In this document: piece after piece, positions 58,703 through 64,000 of the stretch
Position numbering within the stretch: the stretch's first letter is position 1
Layout: every line of letters starts with the position of its first letter
Assembly: GCA_951813565.1 (NCBI GenBank)
Contig: OX638351.1
Coordinates: 2,720,001 to 2,784,000 of the forward strand
Source of the DNA: an uncultured Poribacteria bacterium
GTDB taxonomy: Bacteria; Poribacteria; WGA-4E; WGA-3G
Direction of reading: 5' to 3'
Length of the DNA stretch: 64,000 bases
Made by a program: the position numbers and the translations under genes
The notes under the pieces: generated by a model
Told to the model about the DNA's origin: nothing
The model's input: only the letters and a program-made list of their open reading frames with translations
The model's database searches: none

Positions 58703-60388
58703 ATGAAAAATAAAACTATTCTTATTATCTCTATACTCGGTGTACTGTTTTCAATCATACTAAGCGGCATCTATCTCAACTTTTCCTATTTTGAACCCGA
58801 CACCGTGTCGTATCTATTTCAGGCGAAGCTATTTGCAGAGGGTAAAATCTCAATGCCTGCGCCACCCGAACACGGGTTCTCGTCTTCACCGCATATTAAC
58901 ATATTAAACGGCAAATGGTATTCCAAATATCCATTCGGCAATGCCTTGATGCTAATGTTTGGGGTGTTTGTCAACGCCCCGTGGCTTATTCCTGCGCTTG
59001 CGACAGGTGGTGCGTTGTTCCTGCTTTTTCTTTTTGTGAGAGAAACATACAGTAAACCGATTGCGCTTATTGCTGCTGTGGTTGCACTTATCTCACCTGC
59101 TACTGCAGGTATGGGGTCCACATGGTTTAGCGAACCGGTAAGTCGATTTTATCTTGCGCTCTATCTATTTGCGCTGATCCGCACCTTAAACGGTACAGGT
59201 AATGTCCTTTATCCGCTTCTATCAGGATTTGCTTTGGGATATGCTTTCAACACGCGACCGCTTTCTGCTATCGTTTTTGGCGTTGTCGGTGCGGGCTTCG
59301 CGCTTTATCATCTGTATAAGCCGAGATTGACAGGTGAGTCCAGTGAAACGGAAACGCAAAATCAGAACAATTTACCTACACGCAGGCAGTTAGTATCCCG
59401 GTTGGGGATTTTCTTGATTCCATTTACTACCATGATTTTGGTGTGTATGGCATGGAATCACCATTTTACCGGGAACCCGTTCACGTTTACGCATACCGCC
59501 GCGCAACCTTACGATAAAATAGGGTTCGGTAAACGGACGGAAGGCTACGAACCAGACCTTGAACGCGCATTTGATTTTAAACCCGAATGGGCAATCAAAA
59601 GGACATGGCGACACATTCTCCCATGCATCAGTTTCAACGCATTTGGATGGGGTAATTATCGTCCCAGATTGATTGAAGAAGCTGAGTTTTCAATTGGTTT
59701 TATGATCGACTTTTTACCATTACTTCTACCGTGGTTTTTTGTCCTCATACCCTTTTTCCATGCCTCACGAAACAGATATGATGTGTTATGTGTTGCTTTC
59801 ATTTTGGGGAGTCTGTTGCTTTACGCCTTTTTCTATTTTGAAGGGTCAACATGGGGATTTACACCGGTCAATGCGCGCTACTACACAGAGGCAATATTCC
59901 TCGGTTTCATTCCGCTGGCAGCAAAAGGAATGTTTATACTTTATGAACGACTCAAAAAGCCGATTTTGGAAAACAAACTTACGGATGTTGCAGTGATACG
60001 TTATGTTGCAGTGATATTTTACATTGCTGGAGCATGTTCAGTTCTGATTAGTATAAACACGGTGCAAACTTATGTACGCATCGGGAAAGTGTATCAGAAT
60101 TGGGGTCATGTCTACCAGAAGCTGCCACCGATGGTAGAGGAGCAAAACATTCACAATGCCGTTATTTTCGTATCTCGACACCGAGGTGCACCGATTGGGG
60201 ATTATCCTTTTCAGAGTTTAGAAGAAGCAGATATTATCTATTTTAAACTCGGTCCTGCACCACGATGGAAGTTGACAAATAGCGACTGGAAAGCGGTTTA
60301 TGCACAATATTTTTCCGACAGCAGTAGAAAAGCGTATTTGTATGAACCGGGACAGAATGAACTCAAACCTTTGTCTCTTGATCCTTAG
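58703..60388 (+). CDS. Polytopic membrane GT-C glycosyltransferase (ArnT/PMT-like)
   Basis: PD..SYLFQA, SKYPFG, FNTRP, ARYY; many TM segments. Confidence 0.7.
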   Translation: MKNKTILIISILGVLFSIILSGIYLNFSYFEPDTVSYLFQAKLFAEGKISMPAPPEHGFSSSPHINILNGKWYSKYPFGNALMLMFGVFVNAPWLIPALATGGALFLLFLFVRETYSKPIALIAAVVALISPATAGMGSTWFSEPVSRFYLALYLFALIRTLNGTGNVLYPLLSGFALGYAFNTRPLSAIVFGVVGAGFALYHLYKPRLTGESSETETQNQNNLPTRRQLVSRLGIFLIPFTTMILVCMAWNHHFTGNPFTFTHTAAQPYDKIGFGKRTEGYEPDLERAFDFKPEWAIKRTWRHILPCISFNAFGWGNYRPRLIEEAEFSIGFMIDFLPLLLPWFFVLIPFFHASRNRYDVLCVAFILGSLLLYAFFYFEGSTWGFTPVNARYYTEAIFLGFIPLAAKGMFILYERLKKPILENKLTDVAVIRYVAVIFYIAGACSVLISINTVQTYVRIGKVYQNWGHVYQKLPPMVEEQNIHNAVIFVSRHRGAPIGDYPFQSLEEADIIYFKLGPAPRWKLTNSDWKAVYAQYFSDSSRKAYLYEPGQNELKPLSLDP

Positions 60389-60424
60389 AGCATGTTCACA
60401 AAACTATTGGTCCACAATGCTGCT

Positions 60425-61198
60425 TCATGATCGTATCATCTCTCGAAACCTTTGTGTAAATTCACAACTACGTTTGATGCTCGCCACATCTTCCATCTTA
60501 TATTGGACAACAAGCGGACCCGAGAAATTGATCTCTTTCAAACCTTTCGCAAAGGTCTCAAAATCGAAGACACCGCCTCCCGGCTCACCACGATTGCTCC
60601 CTGATACATGCACATCTCCTAAACACGTCTCCATCGCAAGTGCTGCAGCGTGCGGATCCGCGCCATCGTTGTTAAGATGATAGGTATCGCACGTCAAATA
60701 AACAGGTAATCCTGTGTCTGATATGAACTCTACACCTTCGCGATAGTTATCCAGTGGGCATCCCTTCTCAAACTCAAGAGCGATTTTTATGTCGTGTTCC
60801 TGACAAGCAGGTATCATCTGAGACAGGTTATCGGCAAGTGCATCCAGAGAATCTTGGCGCGGGACATCCGCCGATGGGTTTACCCACACCCCAATAAAGT
60901 CAGCATCAAATTGGCGTGCAACTTCAAGCACAATTTCAAAGTGTTGTAACGCCTCATCTTTTCGGGCGGGGGTTGTCAATATGTGATTGCCGAAACCAAT
61001 TGTTGGTGCAACGAGGTTGTGCTGGTCAGCAAGGTCAACTACATCCTCTATTTCCGCAGTTGAAAGTTCACCAAGAAAAGCGGAATTCACGGGAATGTTG
61101 ATGCCTTCGTAACCTGCTTCGGCGACAAGGTCAAAAATCTCAGCACGGGTAAATTTTCCTAATGTGCCAGCGTACGGATCGTAACAGATTGTTAACAT
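60425..61198 (-). CDS. Sugar phosphate isomerase/epimerase (TIM barrel)
   Basis: IALEFE, CDTYH, VHVSGSNRGEPGGG. Confidence 0.85.
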   Translation of the reverse strand: MLTICYDPYAGTLGKFTRAEIFDLVAEAGYEGINIPVNSAFLGELSTAEIEDVVDLADQHNLVAPTIGFGNHILTTPARKDEALQHFEIVLEVARQFDADFIGVWVNPSADVPRQDSLDALADNLSQMIPACQEHDIKIALEFEKGCPLDNYREGVEFISDTGLPVYLTCDTYHLNNDGADPHAAALAMETCLGDVHVSGSNRGEPGGGVFDFETFAKGLKEINFSGPLVVQYKMEDVASIKRSCEFTQRFREMIRS

Positions 61199-61346
61199 GT
61201 TCTTTTTGTCCTCTTTGATTCATAGGGCATTTCATAATATGAAACCGAACGTTATCAATGTAAGAAGCGCAATGAATTGCGCGACTACAAACGCTGATAG
61301 TCTAAAGTAAAATGTATAGGTATTATTAGATTTCAGGAAAATAACG

Positions 61347-62387
61347 TCAATAAACAACGTCTATTTCTTCGCGCCAGGTGTCTAATAGCTGCATGTTGCC
61401 CAATGTATCATCCCAAGACATTGCAGGGGCTTGCCGATCAGCGATATGGTTTGCCACCATATCTGCTTCGTAGGTAAAGAGATCACGGTCCGCTTCAACG
61501 GTTATCTCGGATGATTCTCCGCGCTGATACGAGTTGAGGACAATTTGGCTTGGAGGAATAGGCGTATCAGGCGGTATAGGCGTTCTGGTGCCACGACATG
61601 GTGATGAGGGCAGCCAAGGGCTTGGAATCGTTATAATTCCACCAGACCCATAGATAGTGACACTACTTCCGATGTTACACTCAACAGCACACGTTATCTG
61701 TGCAACGATTTCGTTTTCAAATTTGAGTGTTGCCGCCGCAATATGGTCAACACCTGTTGGTCCCACTTTTCCGTTCGCCTTCACAGAAATCGGATCTAAG
61801 AAAAGTTTGCCGGCAGCAGCGCCTGCCACTTTGCGTGCCATTGAGGCAGTATAACACCCGATATCAAGGATACCGCCGCCACCCATTTCTCGATTGAAAA
61901 GTCGACTTTGCGGATTGAAATTTGATTGAAAACCGAATGTTGCTTGAATGAAGCGCACCTCACCGATTTCCCCATCCTGAATTAAATCAACCATTTTCTG
62001 TATCTGCGGATGGCAACGGTACATAAACGCTTCCATCAGAAAGACATCGTTTTTACGCGCTGCTTCAACCATTGCTGCAGCTTCCGCGTGATTCATGCTT
62101 ATCGGTTTCTCACACAGAATATGTTTCTTTGCTTCAGCAGCCTTAATTACCCACTCAGCGTGAAATGGATGAATTGTTGCAATATAAACTGCGTCAATAT
62201 CATCGTCTGCCAAAAGTTCTTCATAAGCGCTGTATTGGCGTGGAATTTCAAAATCGTTAACAAATCTCTCCGCTTTTGACTCAGTTCGGCTTGCAACGGC
62301 AAAAATCTGTCCAGTATCTGTAAAACGCATTCCGTTGCAAAATACATAGGCGATGCCACCAGCACCGATAACTCCCCAATTTAACAT
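61347..62387 (-). CDS. Gfo/Idh/MocA-family oxidoreductase
   Basis: WGVIGAGGIA, HILCEKP, GGGILDIGCY. Confidence 0.92.
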   Translation of the reverse strand: MLNWGVIGAGGIAYVFCNGMRFTDTGQIFAVASRTESKAERFVNDFEIPRQYSAYEELLADDDIDAVYIATIHPFHAEWVIKAAEAKKHILCEKPISMNHAEAAAMVEAARKNDVFLMEAFMYRCHPQIQKMVDLIQDGEIGEVRFIQATFGFQSNFNPQSRLFNREMGGGGILDIGCYTASMARKVAGAAAGKLFLDPISVKANGKVGPTGVDHIAAATLKFENEIVAQITCAVECNIGSSVTIYGSGGIITIPSPWLPSSPCRGTRTPIPPDTPIPPSQIVLNSYQRGESSEITVEADRDLFTYEADMVANHIADRQAPAMSWDDTLGNMQLLDTWREEIDVVY

Positions 62388-62403
62388 CTATTGTTTTCTC
62401 CTT

Positions 62404-63609
62404 CTAACTATTTTGTGCTTTTGCTGCTTCTGCACGCTTGTTCGCAAGCGGATGCATGATCCCTGCCCCTGTTGGCCAAACTCCTGGATCTGCTTTAATC
62501 CACTTGCACAGTTTTTGTGTATAAGGTGTTAAAGTTTCCCAGATTTCATGTGGCATACTTTTGGTAAAACCTTGCGGTGTTCGCCACGGCGCTGCATACT
62601 CAACATTTGGCAATGCCCGAATTTCTTTGGACAGATTCGGTGTTGCACCGTGCCACGCCCGATTATCTCGAAAAACACCTGAACCAGCAGTAGCGCCGAC
62701 AAGCGTTGAGTGGCGCATCCATTCTGGTTCATCGGTAGATGATGGTGGTGATTGCTGTAACGCATGTGTACCTGGTATCTGTCGAATTGGACCATTTTCC
62801 CAAGTTAGATCACACATTAAAAAGTTTATTGTCACCATAGGTGGAGTCATCTCCACAATCAGTCTTTGTGTAGCAACACTGAGATTACCAGAATCATCTT
62901 TTTCAAGTTCAACACCAACGCGTTTTGCTTGCTCAATTCGCTCTTCAAATAATTGTTGTGAATCACGTATATCAGAGTGTAGATGTTGATATTCAATCGC
63001 ACCGGGAAGGCAGAGATCACCGCCTGATCCCCACACTCTATATTCTGAAGTGCCAAATATTTCTGTAATAAGCGGAGTTGTTGTTGGTAGGTCCAACATA
63101 CTTGCCCAAACGGGATGGTGTAGCATCTGTCTTGAAGCAGATGAAGTGCCGTAACTATATCTGTGAGGCAAACGTCCAGTTTCATTGGCATATTTTCTAT
63201 TTCCTTGTCCGGGAATAGAAAGGATTTCTCGTAGTGCCTCGGCACACCCTTCTCGCCAACGAGCGAGCTGTTCTGCATTGAGCAGGTCTTTGACCACAAC
63301 AAAACCGTCACGACGAAATATCCGAGCAGCTTTTTTCACTTCAGTCGGTTCACATATCTCAAGCCCACGAATCCCGTTATGTTGACGTAAACGTGCTCTG
63401 AGTGCTTCTACCTCCGGATCATCATAAACTCGACGACTGGGAGAATTCGGATCTGATACACCAAACCCACGATTTTCTGGTAAAAGATTGCCATCAGCAT
63501 CCACGGTTTCATTGGGAGGCGTATTTTCGTCCCAACCCACCCGCGTTTCACCGTAGACCTGCATCTCTTCCAATTCTGATTGCAGAGGCGTTCTATTGGT
63601 GTCTCTCAT
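62404..63609 (-). CDS. Phytanoyl-CoA dioxygenase (PhyH) family protein
   Basis: FRRDGFVVV, QHLHSD, ENGP...IPGTH, AWHG. Confidence 0.85.
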   Translation of the reverse strand: MRDTNRTPLQSELEEMQVYGETRVGWDENTPPNETVDADGNLLPENRGFGVSDPNSPSRRVYDDPEVEALRARLRQHNGIRGLEICEPTEVKKAARIFRRDGFVVVKDLLNAEQLARWREGCAEALREILSIPGQGNRKYANETGRLPHRYSYGTSSASRQMLHHPVWASMLDLPTTTPLITEIFGTSEYRVWGSGGDLCLPGAIEYQHLHSDIRDSQQLFEERIEQAKRVGVELEKDDSGNLSVATQRLIVEMTPPMVTINFLMCDLTWENGPIRQIPGTHALQQSPPSSTDEPEWMRHSTLVGATAGSGVFRDNRAWHGATPNLSKEIRALPNVEYAAPWRTPQGFTKSMPHEIWETLTPYTQKLCKWIKADPGVWPTGAGIMHPLANKRAEAAKAQNS

Positions 63610-63745
63610 TACATATAACTCCTCAACTACTACCTAATGTGGTGGTTAAGTGAAAGTCGCGTTGTAGCGGTAATTAACGAGATAGGGTTTCAATTTATCA
63701 TAATCCCCGTTTTTAAGCAACAGTCCGTAATTTAGTCATCCTTTC

Positions 63746-63993
63746 GGGTGTGTAAAGTTTTTGTAGAAATCCGCACAACTCCTATTGTAGGGGCGGGTTT
63801 CCGTGCCTGCCTGTTGCATGGCACGTCCTGCGCAGTGGCGGGGCACCAAATCAAGAAATCAACGGTATGAATAACATTTAGTTATTCACCGGGTATGAAT
63901 GCCTTATGGCATTCCCCGGGACCCCGCCCTACAGTGGAAAACGCCGCGTAATCATTGCAAATTGAACCTATGTAACCAAATATTTACACACCC
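63746..63993 (+). mobile_element. Full-length GGGTGTGTAAA MITE with REP pair and micro-hairpin inserts
   Basis: TIRs present; ATCCTTT repeated in both flanks (right copy cut by the window end). Confidence 0.88.
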
Positions 63994-64000
63994 ATCCTTT

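Overview
Bacterial chromosomal window, most likely Candidatus Poribacteria. This is inferred from a giant cytochrome c/LRR/cohesin/dockerin/FlgD-like protein, PV.PK.KLTT.W..LK C-terminal tails, a PhyH dioxygenase, Uma2 genes and many Gfo/Idh/MocA and TIM-barrel sugar enzymes. Core genes include trpS, mqnE-mqnA-fur, a WcaJ-type transferase and a long moaA-sufC-sufB-sufD-grx...sufS-sufU-Rieske-sufT...DUF971-rhodanese cluster interrupted by accessory genes and toxin-antitoxin remnants. There are two TnpA-less TnpB elements whose empty sites can be reconstructed: an IS605-type element splitting a YgiT zinc-finger gene, and an IS607-like element with a pseudoknotted 5' leader. The intergenic DNA holds layered non-autonomous elements: MITEs of at least five end-types that carry REP palindromes. 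The most unusual observation is a family of 34-36 nt hairpin + GTTGATT-tail modules that sit precisely inside REP hairpins and inside each other without target duplication; both empty and filled sites are visible here. No CRISPR array, rRNA or tRNA was recognised. Several -1 homopolymer frameshifts may be sequencing errors. All family assignments come from reading motifs by eye, not from database searches.
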